Shown: in pieces, positions 27,601 through 37,207 of the stretch
How positions within the stretch are numbered: position 1 is the first letter of the stretch
How the letters are laid out: each line of letters begins with the position of its first letter
Origin: an uncultured Hungatella sp.
GTDB taxonomy: Bacteria > Bacillota > Clostridia > Lachnospirales > Lachnospiraceae
Assembly: GCA_910585645.1 (NCBI GenBank)
Contig: CAJUFP010000002.1
Location: 23,170 to 87,169 of the forward strand
Reading direction: 5' to 3'
DNA: 64,000 bases
Translations under genes and position numbers: made by a program
The notes under the pieces: model-generated
What the model was told of the DNA's origin: nothing
Databases searched by the model: none
The model's input: the letters and a program-made list of their open reading frames with translations, nothing else

Positions 27601-28308
27601 CGTAAAATATCCAATGGGCAGCCATGAGGCCGAATCACTCAAAGAAATATCCCTGGACAGAGCGAAATAACACCCTTCATACCCGTCCACTTCCTCATTA
27701 GCCACGTTGTAGGCCAGGAGCTTTAAATCCTTGACAGAGTTGATCTGATAGGGATTCTCCTTAGTCCCCTCCCCATCAAAATGGTCGCTCATCTCCATGC
27801 CGCCCCAGATACTGGCCCTGCCAAGCGACATCACGGCATTGGAAGCCGTTGCCACCCGAAGTTCCGTCTCCGATTCCGTTTCCTCCGCCGCCTCTTTATA
27901 AGAACTGCCAAAAACAGCAGACCCTGGAATCCTCTCCCCTATGCCGTCCAAGGCCTCCTTTTCATCTGGTTCCCCTTCTTGTCCGGCTCCCGTCTTAGGC
28001 TCTGCCTGGGAAGGCGTGGCAGTCCTTACCGGATTCTTCCACTCCGGACTTCTGCCGCTTTCCTTTTCCCATTCTCCTTCTCTGTCGCTACCGCTGTCAC
28101 TATGCCCCGGCAGGCTGCCTGCCAAAATCCCATCCTGCCCCACATTCTCACCGGCATAGACACCACTTGTCCCTAAAACCAGTTCACTTCCATACACAAC
28201 ACCATTTCCCGCGATTCCCACCGCTGAAAATACCGGGCTCATGCCCATAGCCGCAATCAACACCCAGGCCGGCACCGCCGCCTGATATCTTGTCCTCTTT
28301 TTCATCAT
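24622..28308 (-). CDS. Large secreted surface protein: GLUG-motif region + Big_2 Ig-like domains + Ser/Gly linker + cell-wall-binding repeats
   Basis: Signal peptide. Repeated GG(I/V/L)(A/V/C)G...N GLUG-type units. Four VTVTTEDG/EAG-type Ig-like repeats. SSGGSSGGSSGG linker. C-terminal GWWYQY.../YYLNPVSDGTKG repeats. Confidence 0.7.
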   Translation of the reverse strand: MMKKRTRYQAAVPAWVLIAAMGMSPVFSAVGIAGNGVVYGSELVLGTSGVYAGENVGQDGILAGSLPGHSDSGSDREGEWEKESGRSPEWKNPVRTATPSQAEPKTGAGQEGEPDEKEALDGIGERIPGSAVFGSSYKEAAEETESETELRVATASNAVMSLGRASIWGGMEMSDHFDGEGTKENPYQINSVKDLKLLAYNVANEEVDGYEGCYFALSRDISLSDSASWLPIGYFTELGDSEPKPFKGNFDGQGYRVYNLKISDTTQDYAGLFGSLHGATVENLVVDGQVNARSKAGVLAGESNDSTIRNCSVKGQVRGTGVMGGVVGEAYDSAILECVNTAGVLGGTDTSGSEEAFAGGICGSAQGSFISDCTSDTTDSYSALYSEGYVGGIAGNIYETEVYNSYVEGKVGSTSADYIGGLVGRLQSGQVKNGRFAGTIGASTSSTLKTAGLFVGFIESGTVELGDDLAYLYTDSEDKYSLNPFGNKLTPQIRLEHHIGAYYSNQRDFSLYQMGGFTKQTSRYFYEELEEGVLGIGKENVHHVASSKTGDPVRGYLVSVPAIDHGKLSVLEAQNNFAKEIDWANPGAVAAGTKVLVYTSPVNQGEAEPPVYYELVPDSLMWTADDFDTKELIPANASEVAFTMPEENITISAQYRAMTNGVVLDKGELVFEVEQIRSGSRWNPQIGWKVTDPQRLTAAIIPDSAANKNVVWNVKDTDGSSTDIIKVDENGEVSVNQSAKWIQELIKAGVANQELYPSKKITTEAKDYATVTVTTEAGQKRASAFVTVDFRITDDTVVPVADVKLDQAELAFEITRTLEGDRRNPKESYTVTPSRRLYETISPEYADNKEVIWSPGDSDVLRVDQEGMVSARENAKWIGDLIEAEKEKNKENPYAKQEAAGSRSSYVTVTTKDGEKQAVCAVNLSFKTVDRTVVRVEKVSVNQAELNFSVEKVLTGSRTSPKVEYKVTGAQRIGAVVAPAEAQNKAVKYSVADSTVASVSADGAVTVKRDGKWILDLEAKDAANLAKNRYALSTAAGSKETVVTVTTEDGQKTAQCKVKVEFKTTDQTTRPGTSSGGSSGGSSGGSSSGRGSGSSYRGSSTASGGPGAVGQVQGSWKQDSTGWWYQYQDGSYPKACWKQLSYNGVLEWYHFDERGYMETGWFTDTDRHVYYLNPVSDGTKGRMVTGWNLIEGKWYYFNTVSDGTRGAMFVNRKTPDGYQVDGKGVWVQ

Positions 28309-28582
28309 ATACTCCTTTTACTTTCTATTTTTTATTTTCCTGCCCCAAATAACCCAGAAGCCAGGATTTGTCCCAAAACACTCACCATCTTTGGTGCCTC
28401 ACACTCTCACCCCATAACTCTGTATAGGCCGATTGTCCCACACCATTAGCACACTCTCAGAAATGTCCAGGCAATTCTTTCATTCCAGATTCTCAATAGA
28501 CAAGAAAAATGAGCCGCCCTCAAAAGACAGCCCATTTCCTTCATTTATTATCAAGTACCCCCGGACTCTCACTCCCGAACTC

Positions 28583-29824
28583 TCACTCCTGCACCGCCAC
28601 AAATGCAGGCCGGTTCCCAATCCGGTCATTGTCCACCTGCTCCGGGGCCACTCTCCCGTCATAGGTCACCGCGTAACACAGCTTCCCGTCCCTGGCTGCC
28701 GAGGTTCTCAACCAATACCCCATAACATGGCTTCCTGCCAAGGTAAAATTATCCGTCTCCGAGCCATCCAGTTTCCACAGATACTTCCCATACCGGATCG
28801 CCTCCTCTAAAGACAGACAAAACAACATATCCTCCGTCTTACTTCCCGGCTGCCTCCGTTTGGTAAACTTCCGCTCCGAAATCATGTAATCAGAGCTTTT
28901 CCCCGCATAAGTATACCCGGCCGTGGTCTCTGCCCTGGCTATCCCTTCCGAATCCGCCAGCCCTTCCTTAAGCCAGCCTCTTAAATCAGAAGCCTCCCAG
29001 CCATTGTGATTTTCGTCAAACACACTCTCATCACCGCCGATAATGGAATCACACAGAAACAAAGCCCCGGCCCGGTTCATCCCAGCGTCACAGTAGTTAG
29101 GGTCCACACACCGGAAGGGGAAGGTATAAGACTTCCCGTGAATCACCCTCTCCTGGGTATCCCCCTCATACCAGATCTTTCCCTGCCCGGTATCCGCCTT
29201 CTCTCTCCCAAACACAAAAGCCGGACGGATTCCCGCTTCGGTCAGAGAGACCCGGCTGGAAGCAATATGCCCGTTGTACTGCACAAGATACGCCTGGTTG
29301 GCGGTATTCTCCCGCTTGGAACGTGTCCAGTAATACCTCATTCCCCTCCTTGGCGTCCATACCTTCCGGACAATCTCCTTATAAGCCGGATTCTTCACCT
29401 CATCGATAGACAGACAGAATACCTTATCCGAAACCGAATCCCCGGTCTCCGGCAGGTTCACCGCCACAAGCTCCTCCGCCACGGAAAGGGTGTCGGCAAA
29501 ATACTGGTTCAGCCATGTCCTCACATCAGACGTTCCATAATCATTATCCGACAGCCCGTACCGGACAGAAAGGGCATAAGGAATCACCTCATCCGCCACA
29601 AACAGATATCCGCCCTGATAATCCGAATCCAGGCAGGTAAACTCCATGGTCTCAAATCCATCGGAAAGCCCGGTCTCCACCTGCAGCCCATCCCCTTTCC
29701 TGTACCGGTCTGCCTCTCTGGTCTCCGCATGAGCAGAAAACCCTAAAAGAAAACTGACCGCAGAACAGGTAAGAAATACCGCCGCCAACGCATGCTTTCT
29801 TTTCATGCGTATCACCGGCCTCAT
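28583..29824 (-). CDS. Secreted DUF6273-like repeat protein
   Basis: Signal peptide. Two copies of a (T/S)D(V/L)R(T/G)WL...FCLS(I/L)(D/E)E...YW(T/L)R(S/T)...(I/N)RPAFV module. ATG overlaps the csp-like stop (ATGA). Confidence 0.55.
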   Translation of the reverse strand: MRPVIRMKRKHALAAVFLTCSAVSFLLGFSAHAETREADRYRKGDGLQVETGLSDGFETMEFTCLDSDYQGGYLFVADEVIPYALSVRYGLSDNDYGTSDVRTWLNQYFADTLSVAEELVAVNLPETGDSVSDKVFCLSIDEVKNPAYKEIVRKVWTPRRGMRYYWTRSKRENTANQAYLVQYNGHIASSRVSLTEAGIRPAFVFGREKADTGQGKIWYEGDTQERVIHGKSYTFPFRCVDPNYCDAGMNRAGALFLCDSIIGGDESVFDENHNGWEASDLRGWLKEGLADSEGIARAETTAGYTYAGKSSDYMISERKFTKRRQPGSKTEDMLFCLSLEEAIRYGKYLWKLDGSETDNFTLAGSHVMGYWLRTSAARDGKLCYAVTYDGRVAPEQVDNDRIGNRPAFVAVQE

Positions 29825-30303
29825 GCCATCTCCTCCGTATTTTCGACATCCTTATCCTCTGCCCTGGCTTTCCGTCTGCCGCCCCTGGCTCCCTTTGCCT
29901 TTTCGCTCTCACTCCCTTCCGGTCCTCCGGCCTCATCTTCCATGCCAGGCCCTTCTGTTTCCTGATCTTCTGTCCCTAACCCTTCAAGTTCCGTATCTTC
30001 CCATCCCGGTTCTCCCGTATTCTGGCCGCTGCCATATGCCGCCGCTTCTCCGTCTCCACTGCTTTCCCCGGTTCCCAGTCCTTCCTCTCCGGATTCGTTC
30101 GCCACAGACACAAACCTGGCAAGGCACCGTCCCTTTCCATCCTCTCCCGGCGTAAAGGACACCGTCTGCCCGTCACGGAGCTTCTTAAACCCTTCCCCCT
30201 GAATATCCGAATAGTGGACAAAATAATCCATGCCTTCCTCATCCGTAATAAATCCAAAACCCTTTCTCACATCAAACCACTTTACAATTCCTCTCATTTC
30301 CAT
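29821..30303 (-). CDS. Cold-shock-domain protein with a long acidic Gly/Glu-rich C-terminal tail
   Basis: [34 protein letters not shown] is the CspA RNP1/RNP2 core. ATG at 30303 with GAGGAG 10 nt upstream. The track's upstream extension lacks an RBS. Confidence 0.7.
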   Translation of the reverse strand: MEMRGIVKWFDVRKGFGFITDEEGMDYFVHYSDIQGEGFKKLRDGQTVSFTPGEDGKGRCLARFVSVANESGEEGLGTGESSGDGEAAAYGSGQNTGEPGWEDTELEGLGTEDQETEGPGMEDEAGGPEGSESEKAKGARGGRRKARAEDKDVENTEEMA

Positions 30304-30424
30304 ATGACAAGTTCTCCTCTCAAAAATTGTTTTCTTGTTAAATTTCGTTTTCTGCTTCACTGCACAGAAAAAGGCAGATTTTCCAAACCCCATAAGTCCC
30401 GAAAAACCTGCCCTTTCCCTAATC

Positions 30425-31390
30425 TTATCCCCGCTTAATAATCCTGGTAATGATCCCTTCGGCCACCTCCCTCTCCTCATTAATCCTGGTCACCAGAAAT
30501 CCCACTTCATCCCCCTGCCCCGGCAGACTGGCCGTGTTGCAGGAGTGGGCCACCGCATTCACCCGGCAGTTCAGACAGAGAAAGAAGGTTCCCCGGTAAA
30601 CATCCGTCACCCTTCCCACATACTTTCCCTGCTTTTTAAGCCGCATTAAGTTCTCTTTGTTAACATTGGCCTTAGCTTCCTTGGCGCTGACCTCTACCTT
30701 CATAGCCTCAACCGAATCCCCGGAAACCTTCTTTACCATAACATTTACCACGTCCCCTGTGGCAAACTTCTCATTGGCATCCGACAGCCATTCCCAGGTC
30801 ATGTCCCTGGCCTTTAACGAACACTCAATGCCAAACACCTCCAGCCGGACCGCCTTCGGAGCCACGGCAATCACCCTGGCCTCTACCACACGTCCCGGCG
30901 TGATCATAGGCGGCCCGTCCTGGGAAGGCATGTAGAACTGCTGCCTCTTCCGAAGCATGGCCTCCCTCCTGGAAGCCGCCACGCTGCCGGACCGTTCATC
31001 CAAATCCCGGACAATAAAATCAAGCTCCGCCCCCAGCATGTTGTTGGCAAGCCTGGTCTGCCGGTTCACCGGATCGGAATTTTCCCGCCCGTCCCCTTCC
31101 AGGTTAATCATCATCTCCTCCATAGGAATCAGAACCCGGCAGCCTTTGTAGTAGATCACAGCCACCACCCAGCCGCCCTCCAGCCTTTCAATCCCGCTTA
31201 AAGGCCCGGACAGAATCTTCCTTGTCCTCTGGGCATTCATCAACTCATGCCACACCAGGTCCTCCTGGTTTCTCATTTCTGCCGCAGCACCTCCTGCGTC
31301 CACAGTCAGAATCCCTGCCGGACGGCTCCTGGAGCGTACAACGCCATCCTGCACTCCCTCCGCCACACGGCTTTTACTCTCTTCCTTCAT
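30425..31390 (-). CDS. S1 RNA-binding-domain protein
   Basis: Several S1-like segments ([41 protein letters not shown]). Start is ambiguous between 31396 and 31390. The GGTGG spacing favours 31390. Confidence 0.55.
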   Translation of the reverse strand: MKEESKSRVAEGVQDGVVRSRSRPAGILTVDAGGAAAEMRNQEDLVWHELMNAQRTRKILSGPLSGIERLEGGWVVAVIYYKGCRVLIPMEEMMINLEGDGRENSDPVNRQTRLANNMLGAELDFIVRDLDERSGSVAASRREAMLRKRQQFYMPSQDGPPMITPGRVVEARVIAVAPKAVRLEVFGIECSLKARDMTWEWLSDANEKFATGDVVNVMVKKVSGDSVEAMKVEVSAKEAKANVNKENLMRLKKQGKYVGRVTDVYRGTFFLCLNCRVNAVAHSCNTASLPGQGDEVGFLVTRINEEREVAEGIITRIIKRG

Positions 31391-31450
31391 GGGCATACCA
31401 CCTTTCTTTTTTTCATTCCAAATCCCCGGCTTCTCCTAAACTGCCTGAAA

Positions 31451-31485
31451 ACACAAAAAGAGCAGCCTTGTAAAAAGCTGCTCTC
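31451..31485 (-). terminator. Intrinsic terminator
   Basis: Minus strand: agagcagc / gctgctct 8-bp stem followed by tttttgtgt, downstream of the 68-aa gene. Confidence 0.6.
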
Positions 31486-31572
31486 CGTGAACCCGTTGAT
31501 TCAGAAATCTGATGATACCATTATAAAACATCTGAAATTGCAAGTCAATTCTTCAGGAAATGCAATGTGGTT

Positions 31573-31779
31573 TCATTTCCGTCCCAATTTCGTCTCTTTT
31601 ATATGAAACCCTTCAATACAACGCAAAAATGTTATGGACAATTCCTGAAATAAGTCCTCGCAAAACCGCCCTTCTATCATGGAACGGCTAATGAGTAACG
31701 GACGATACTGCAAGAACAGTTCCTCCTTCGCCTTCTCATTTCCCGATTTTGCCAGACGCAGCAATACTTCCGTTTCCAT
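31573..31779 (-). CDS. Small sigma-region-2-like / HTH protein of conjugative-transposon regulatory modules
   Basis: 68 aa. Overlaps the stop of the sigma-like gene. Position is analogous to Tn916-type orf7/orf8 pairs. Confidence 0.4.
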   Translation of the reverse strand: METEVLLRLAKSGNEKAKEELFLQYRPLLISRSMIEGRFCEDLFQELSITFLRCIEGFHIKETKLGRK

Positions 31780-32212
31780 TCTTTTTCCACTCCTTCCTTA
31801 TCTTTTTACGGGCATACGAATACGAGTCTGCAATCTTCTTCGGTTTCTGCCCTATAATATTACCAATCTCCACAAACGTAAGCTGTCGGAACGCTTTGGC
31901 AAACACCACTTGAAGCTCTAAATCCGTCAAAATATCCATACTTTTCCAAAGCCTCATATCCAGCCATTCCTTTAACTGCTGTCTGATCACTTCCGGTTCC
32001 CAAGAGACTCTTTCTATTTCTTCCATCCAGTCTGCCACACACGCCATATCTGTCTCCTCCAACTGGTATTCAACAATTTCCGTCTCCTTTGGCACCTCCT
32101 TCCAGGTATGCTCCTGCTCTTTTCTTAAATAATCCCTCCTGGAGCGCTCCACTGCCTTCTCCAGATATTTGGTAAAACGTCCCTTAACAAAATCTTCATT
32201 GGTTCCTTTCAT
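31736..32212 (-). CDS. Sigma-70 region-4-like transcription factor (Tn916 Orf7-like)
   Basis: LTDLELQVVFAKAFRQLTFVEIGNIIGQKPKKIADSYSYARKKIRK resembles the sigma-70 region 4 HTH. Confidence 0.55.
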   Translation of the reverse strand: MKGTNEDFVKGRFTKYLEKAVERSRRDYLRKEQEHTWKEVPKETEIVEYQLEETDMACVADWMEEIERVSWEPEVIRQQLKEWLDMRLWKSMDILTDLELQVVFAKAFRQLTFVEIGNIIGQKPKKIADSYSYARKKIRKEWKKNGNGSIAASGKIGK

Positions 32213-32518
32213 CTTCTCCTCCGGATATCAGATTTGCTTGATTTCCGAAGAATGCGGCGGACCGCGAACCCATTTTTTGATAACCACAGCTTTACTGGGG
32301 TATATAGTATGGTTTTATGAACAAAAAAGAGGCAGTACGTTTCTGCCCCCCTTACATAAAATTTTGTATATTCTGTTTTACTTCTTTTCCATATCTTCCA
32401 ATGTCTATGCGGTTATCTTTCAATTGTATCTATTATTACCCCTGATTTATAAAGGGTTATAGTTTATGTTGTTTCTGTTGATTTCCGTTTAAACTTAAAA
32501 GAAAAGGTGATAACTAAC

Positions 32519-32842
32519 ATGAAAGCTCCTGATCATAAACTTGGCAACCGAATAAAATCTGCCCGCAAAGCAAAAAAGCTGACCCAGGAAAAACTTGCTG
32601 AACAGATCAATATATCCACCAGCTACATAGCAGAAATCGAAAACAAAAGAACTATCCCAAGTTTTGAAATCATGTGTTCCTTATGTAAAATTTTGAATCT
32701 TTCCCTGGACAATATCATTTTTGATACGGAGTCCGACTCCATAAAGCAGATCAATCTGCTTTTAAGTCAATGCAGTGAGAAACAGCTTTCCGTTATCCAT
32801 GCCATGATTGAAGCCATGCTCCAGGCAGAAGCCAGCATATAA
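32519..32842 (+). CDS. XRE-family HTH transcriptional regulator
   Basis: LGNRIKSARKAKKLTQEKLAEQINISTSYIAEIENKRTIPS is a Cro/C1-type HTH. ATG at 32519 with an AAGGTGA RBS. Divergent from the sigma-like gene. Confidence 0.75.
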   Translation: MKAPDHKLGNRIKSARKAKKLTQEKLAEQINISTSYIAEIENKRTIPSFEIMCSLCKILNLSLDNIIFDTESDSIKQINLLLSQCSEKQLSVIHAMIEAMLQAEASI

Positions 32843-32884
32843 AATGTAATTACTCTACCCATCCGTTTTGCCAGACAGCCCATT

Positions 32885-32927
32885 AAAAACTCCCCGTTCC
32901 GCTAACCTGCGAACCGGGGAGTTTTCA
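32885..32927. terminator. Bidirectional intrinsic terminator between the XRE gene and the Dlt-like operon
   Basis: aaaactccccgttc ... gaaccggggagtttt stem with A/T runs on both sides. Confidence 0.65.
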
Positions 32928-32991
32928 TATCCTTTATCCATTTTCCTTTCCCAGACGGCTACCCCCATTTTAACCAGGGTTCCTTAATCAT

Positions 32992-34044
32992 TCATGAAAG
33001 ACACCTTAATCTTTCTGAATCGCCACCTCCTTCCGTCTTCTCACACCTTTCAAAGTCCTTCCACCACCTTTTTGCCCCTTCTTCCTTTTTGCGATCCGTC
33101 AGCCCATAATTCGCCTTCAGATAATCTCCCAGATACCGGCTTACCTTTTCCGCCCCATAAGTATTCAAATGATCCCCCTCATCCCTGGAATCCCTGTCCC
33201 AATCTATATTCAGCTCCTTCTCCAAAAGATTCATATCCAGAAACGGAAGTTTCTTCTTGGCGGCATAATCACTCACCCCATTATGCCTCCTGTAATCCCA
33301 GTTTTTAGGAGTAGGAGTTCCCACTAACAGCAGATAAATCCCTTCCTTCCGGCACAGTTCCACCAGCCTGTCCGTCCAAAAGGTCACCGTACCCTTCAAA
33401 GCCTCCCTGTCCTCCGTTTTCACCATATAGGGACCGCCTTTATACGGCCGAATATCCCCGCTGGGCAAAAAACCTTTGTTGACATCCCTCCTTCCCTCAA
33501 ACGGCAGCCCCTTCCAGTCTCCCGCCGTCAGACCTTTCCACCGGTTATGGTACTGAACCATAGGAAAATAATATCTGGCCGTCCTCTCAATGGCAAGGTT
33601 CCACTCCCTCTGCCACTCCCTGCTGTGGTAAAATAAATCCGTTTCCAGAATCACCACCTTAGGCCTTTGCATTGTCAGCACCTTTTTCATCATATAATAA
33701 GCCTCCACAGCCCTCTGCCCAGACTGGCCGCACACAAAAGAGGTAATGCCATGGTTTTTCCATAGTACCATGGGAGAGACTGCAGAATGACTCTCACTGT
33801 CCCCAAGAACAATCACATCCAGAGAACCCTCCGGTTCCGCCATGACTCCCGCAGACGGGATATCCCTTCCCTCCATACCGGCCTCTGCCGTATTGGACTT
33901 TGGAGCCGTTACCACAGACCCGCCATAAAGAAGAAACACAAATATCCCCCAGAACACCACCATTCTCCCCATCCTTACTACCCTGTCTCTGTTCTCAAAA
34001 ACCACACCCACCTCCTGACAATCCATCTTTTCCGGGAAAAGCAA
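32992..34044 (-). CDS. DltD-like / SGNH-fold extracytoplasmic acyl(aminoacyl)transferase
   Basis: N-terminal TM anchor, GDSES block-I motif, and C-terminal GDHLN (D-x-x-H). Last gene of the Dlt-like operon. The exact start is uncertain (the track start is TTG). Confidence 0.6.
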   Translation of the reverse strand: MLFPEKMDCQEVGVVFENRDRVVRMGRMVVFWGIFVFLLYGGSVVTAPKSNTAEAGMEGRDIPSAGVMAEPEGSLDVIVLGDSESHSAVSPMVLWKNHGITSFVCGQSGQRAVEAYYMMKKVLTMQRPKVVILETDLFYHSREWQREWNLAIERTARYYFPMVQYHNRWKGLTAGDWKGLPFEGRRDVNKGFLPSGDIRPYKGGPYMVKTEDREALKGTVTFWTDRLVELCRKEGIYLLLVGTPTPKNWDYRRHNGVSDYAAKKKLPFLDMNLLEKELNIDWDRDSRDEGDHLNTYGAEKVSRYLGDYLKANYGLTDRKKEEGAKRWWKDFERCEKTEGGGDSERLRCLS

Positions 34045-34065
34045 TACTCCGGCACTTACCAGCCA

Positions 34066-35598
34066 TCAAAAATTTGCGTAGATCAAATCTACCGGCACAT
34101 ACCCTTCCCCATACGCGCCAAACACACAGATTCCAAGTAAAACCCCATAATATACGCCCCACCTAAAGGGCAGAGGCAGCCTTCCAACCTCCTGACGCAC
34201 ATCCTTTCCTCTCTCCAGCAGAATACTCACAAGAACCACCATCCCGATCATTACCCCTGTCACCAAAAAATCCATCCAGTCCAGTCCCAGCTTCATAAGG
34301 CTTCCGTCCCACATCTGAGAAAACTGCCATCCCTTTATCATAGACCAGAACATTCCGATTCCCTGCTTAAGTCCTTCTGCCCTGAAAAACAGTTCCCCTA
34401 TAACCACCAGAACCCAGGTACGCAGGATCTGGAACCCGGCAAACACCCTGCTGTTTCCCACAATGGGAATCCTGGCCTTCCACTTCTCCACCCAGGGTTC
34501 CACCCCAATAGACAAAAGAATCAGCGCAAAATAATACATTCCAAAAAACAGAAAGCTCCACCGTGGCCCATGCCACAGTCCGTTGCACAGCCATACGGGA
34601 AACAAAGCCCCTGCCGACACTCCAAGCCTTGCCAGGTACCGCCCTTTTCCTGACAACCTTCTGCCAAATTTCCTCAAAGCAGAAGACATAGAGACCGGGT
34701 AAAACATATAATCCTTAAACCAGGCTCCCAGCGTAATATGCCACCGCCTCCAAAACTCCGGCACAGACTTAGAAAAAAAGGGCTGGCGAAAATTTTCCGG
34801 CAGACAAATTCCAAAAATTTCCCCGCTTCCCGCCACCATATCCATACACCCCGAAAACTCCATGTACAGCTGAATTGTATAACAGCAGGCAGCAACGCCG
34901 ATCACCACACCGCTGTAGCTCTCATAATTTCCATACACGGTCTGAACCAGGATATTCAGCCGGTCCGCCACCACCATTTTTTTCGCCAGCCCCCATAAGA
35001 TTCTTTGTACCCCCTTCGTCAGATTCTCCCAGGTAATAGGCCGTCCCTCCCACAGCACCAGCCCTGTCTGTCCGTAACGGCAAATAGGGCCCTCCATGAT
35101 ACAGGGAAAAAAGGTCAAAAACAGCCCCAGCCTTTCAACCCCCCGTTCCGCAGGAATCCGCTTATACCACACATCCACAAGATACCCCACAGCCTGGAGC
35201 GTATAAAAAGAAATCCCTATGGGAAGCAGCGCGGGCACGGCAGAAAAAAAGGGGCCCATACCAAACAGTTGGAGCACACGGTTCCCATTGGCCGCCAGAA
35301 AACTCCCGTACTTCTTCCATACTAAAATGCCCAAAAGACCAGCCAGTCCCCACACCAGAGCCCCCCTTCTCTGCTTTTCCTCCTTCTCTCTCCCTGCCGT
35401 CTCCATCCATATCCCCACATCATGAATGAGCAAAACCGCCACAAGAGGATAAATCATCAGGGTCCCGCTGATACACCAGTAAAAAACAAGACTTGCCGCA
35501 AGCAGAATCCATGGACGAAATCTGACTCCCACAAGCTGATAGATCAGACAGACTGCCGGGAGAAACAAAAACAGATACAGCGCTGTATGATAAGCCAT
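34066..35598 (-). CDS. MBOAT-family membrane O-acyltransferase (DltB/AlgI-like)
   Basis: Polytopic membrane protein with the MBOAT His motif FWRRWHITLGAWFKDYMFYP. Confidence 0.8.
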   Translation of the reverse strand: MAYHTALYLFLFLPAVCLIYQLVGVRFRPWILLAASLVFYWCISGTLMIYPLVAVLLIHDVGIWMETAGREKEEKQRRGALVWGLAGLLGILVWKKYGSFLAANGNRVLQLFGMGPFFSAVPALLPIGISFYTLQAVGYLVDVWYKRIPAERGVERLGLFLTFFPCIMEGPICRYGQTGLVLWEGRPITWENLTKGVQRILWGLAKKMVVADRLNILVQTVYGNYESYSGVVIGVAACCYTIQLYMEFSGCMDMVAGSGEIFGICLPENFRQPFFSKSVPEFWRRWHITLGAWFKDYMFYPVSMSSALRKFGRRLSGKGRYLARLGVSAGALFPVWLCNGLWHGPRWSFLFFGMYYFALILLSIGVEPWVEKWKARIPIVGNSRVFAGFQILRTWVLVVIGELFFRAEGLKQGIGMFWSMIKGWQFSQMWDGSLMKLGLDWMDFLVTGVMIGMVVLVSILLERGKDVRQEVGRLPLPFRWGVYYGVLLGICVFGAYGEGYVPVDLIYANF

Positions 35599-35599
35599 C

Positions 35600-35830
35600 C
35601 TACTCCCCTTGCTTAAGCCGCTGCACCATATTCCATATGCTCCGGACAGAATTAAAATTGGCGGCCGTTACCTCTCCCGGCGAAATACGGATCTCAAAAT
35701 AATCCTCCAGTCTCCCGATGAGCTCCAGAACCGAAAAAGAATCCAGGATTCTCCCATCTATCAAATCCTCACAATTAATATCATCCACACCCGGCTCTAC
35801 CTGCCGTAAAATAATCCACACGTCTTCCAT
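35600..35830 (-). CDS. Acyl/aminoacyl carrier protein (DltC-like)
   Basis: 76 aa with the phosphopantetheine-attachment motif LDSFSVLELI. Stop abuts the MBOAT start. Confidence 0.75.
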   Translation of the reverse strand: MEDVWIILRQVEPGVDDINCEDLIDGRILDSFSVLELIGRLEDYFEIRISPGEVTAANFNSVRSIWNMVQRLKQGE

Positions 35831-35838
35831 AAAATCCT

Positions 35839-36004
35839 CCTATGCCAACTTTCCACTGAAATGGCAACCGTTCATACAGCCCGAACGGTTGGGACATCTG
35901 CCTATGAAAATCGCTTCGCGATGAGGCAGATGTCTTCCTCCTTTATGTTTCCATACGGCCAGCGCAGCAAGTGCACGGGCCTATGCCAACTTTCCACTGA
36001 AATG
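35839..36004. repeat. 25-bp perfect direct repeat flanking a 116-bp hairpin-rich insert
   Basis: cctatgccaactttccactgaaatg occurs at 35839-35863 and 35980-36004. Between the copies are hairpins caaccgtt/aacggttg and gacatctgcct/aggcagatgtc. The repeat is the 3-prime end of the decarboxylase gene. Confidence 0.85.
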
Positions 36005-37207
36005 CTCCTTTAATTTCCCATAATTTTCTCTTACAATAGGCAGATTCAGGCAATAAGTATCCATATGCCCTCTCACCTTCAAAAGCCCCCGCTCCGTACC
36101 CCATACCACCACAGCCGGAAGCTCCCTGCTCAAAAACACAGACATCCCCTCTGTCATGGAGTAAGCTCCTGTCCGTTCAAAAACCAGCAGATCTCCCGGA
36201 GACGCTGCCACAAGGGGCTGTTTCCTTGCCAGAATATCATTCATTGTACACAAAGCCCCGCAGATCTCCCACTCCTCACACGCCCCCTGGACGTCTTTTG
36301 GAAGCTTTCTCACATAGGGCTGTTTCATGGCCATGAGCTGCCCATCATAGTGCAGGTGATGTATCCCTCCGTCTACCATGGCATAGGATTCCCCTCCGTT
36401 CCTCTTTAACTCCTGTATCTCCGTCACATAATATCCGCAGGAAGCCGTCAGGAAACGCCCCATTTCAAATACCATCTTCCCCTGAAATTTCATGGAATCC
36501 ACACAGTCCCGAATCTCCTTTAAAAGCTCCTGTCCTCTGTCTTTCTCCCCCTGGAAATAATCCACAGGCAGCCCAGGCCCATACTCCAGATGTTCCATAT
36601 CATACCCCAGAGACTGCTCCATAGCTCTGCACAACTCATCCAGGTAAAGCAGCTCATGAACAATACGCTGGGCATTCCTTTTCTGTGTCCCGGAAAAAAA
36701 GTGGATACCCAGAAAATGAATCCACGGTTCTGTTTGGCACCCAGCAGCCATCTCCTCCAACTGTCCCACGGACATTCCAAACTGGTTCCTGCTGGTAAGA
36801 CGCAGCACCAGAGAAACCTTCCGTTTTTCCCTTTCTGCCAGGGCCCGCAGCATTTGAAACTGGGGAACCGATTCCACTGTAAAGACCGGAAGTTCTCCCT
36901 TTTCCCCCAAAATCTTTTCTATTTCCTCCTCCCTTTTCAAAACCCCGGACACAATGATCCGTTCCGGCAAAATTCCACAAGCCCTGCATATCCTGTACTC
37001 CCCATAAGAGCATGCCTCTATCCGCCCCAGCCCCTGAGGCAGAAACGGCACAAGAAACGGATTCGCCTTCATGGCATAGCACAGAGAAACCCTTTCCCCC
37101 AGTGCCTGCCCCGTCTCCCGGACCTTCCTGTAAAACTCATCTAAATCAAACAAATAAAATGGCGTGCCGTAACTAGCAGCTGCCTGAATCAAAACGCGGT
37201 CTTCCAA
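35981..37207 (-). CDS. Fold-type III PLP-dependent decarboxylase (Orn/DAP/Arg decarboxylase family)
   Basis: GTPFYLFD...SLCYAMKANPF (PLP-Lys), and the EICGALCTMND and ERTGAYS motifs. TTG start at 37207 with a GGAGGAG RBS, overlapping the adenylase gene end by 35 nt. Confidence 0.75.
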   Translation of the reverse strand: MEDRVLIQAAASYGTPFYLFDLDEFYRKVRETGQALGERVSLCYAMKANPFLVPFLPQGLGRIEACSYGEYRICRACGILPERIIVSGVLKREEEIEKILGEKGELPVFTVESVPQFQMLRALAEREKRKVSLVLRLTSRNQFGMSVGQLEEMAAGCQTEPWIHFLGIHFFSGTQKRNAQRIVHELLYLDELCRAMEQSLGYDMEHLEYGPGLPVDYFQGEKDRGQELLKEIRDCVDSMKFQGKMVFEMGRFLTASCGYYVTEIQELKRNGGESYAMVDGGIHHLHYDGQLMAMKQPYVRKLPKDVQGACEEWEICGALCTMNDILARKQPLVAASPGDLLVFERTGAYSMTEGMSVFLSRELPAVVVWGTERGLLKVRGHMDTYCLNLPIVRENYGKLKEHFSGKLA

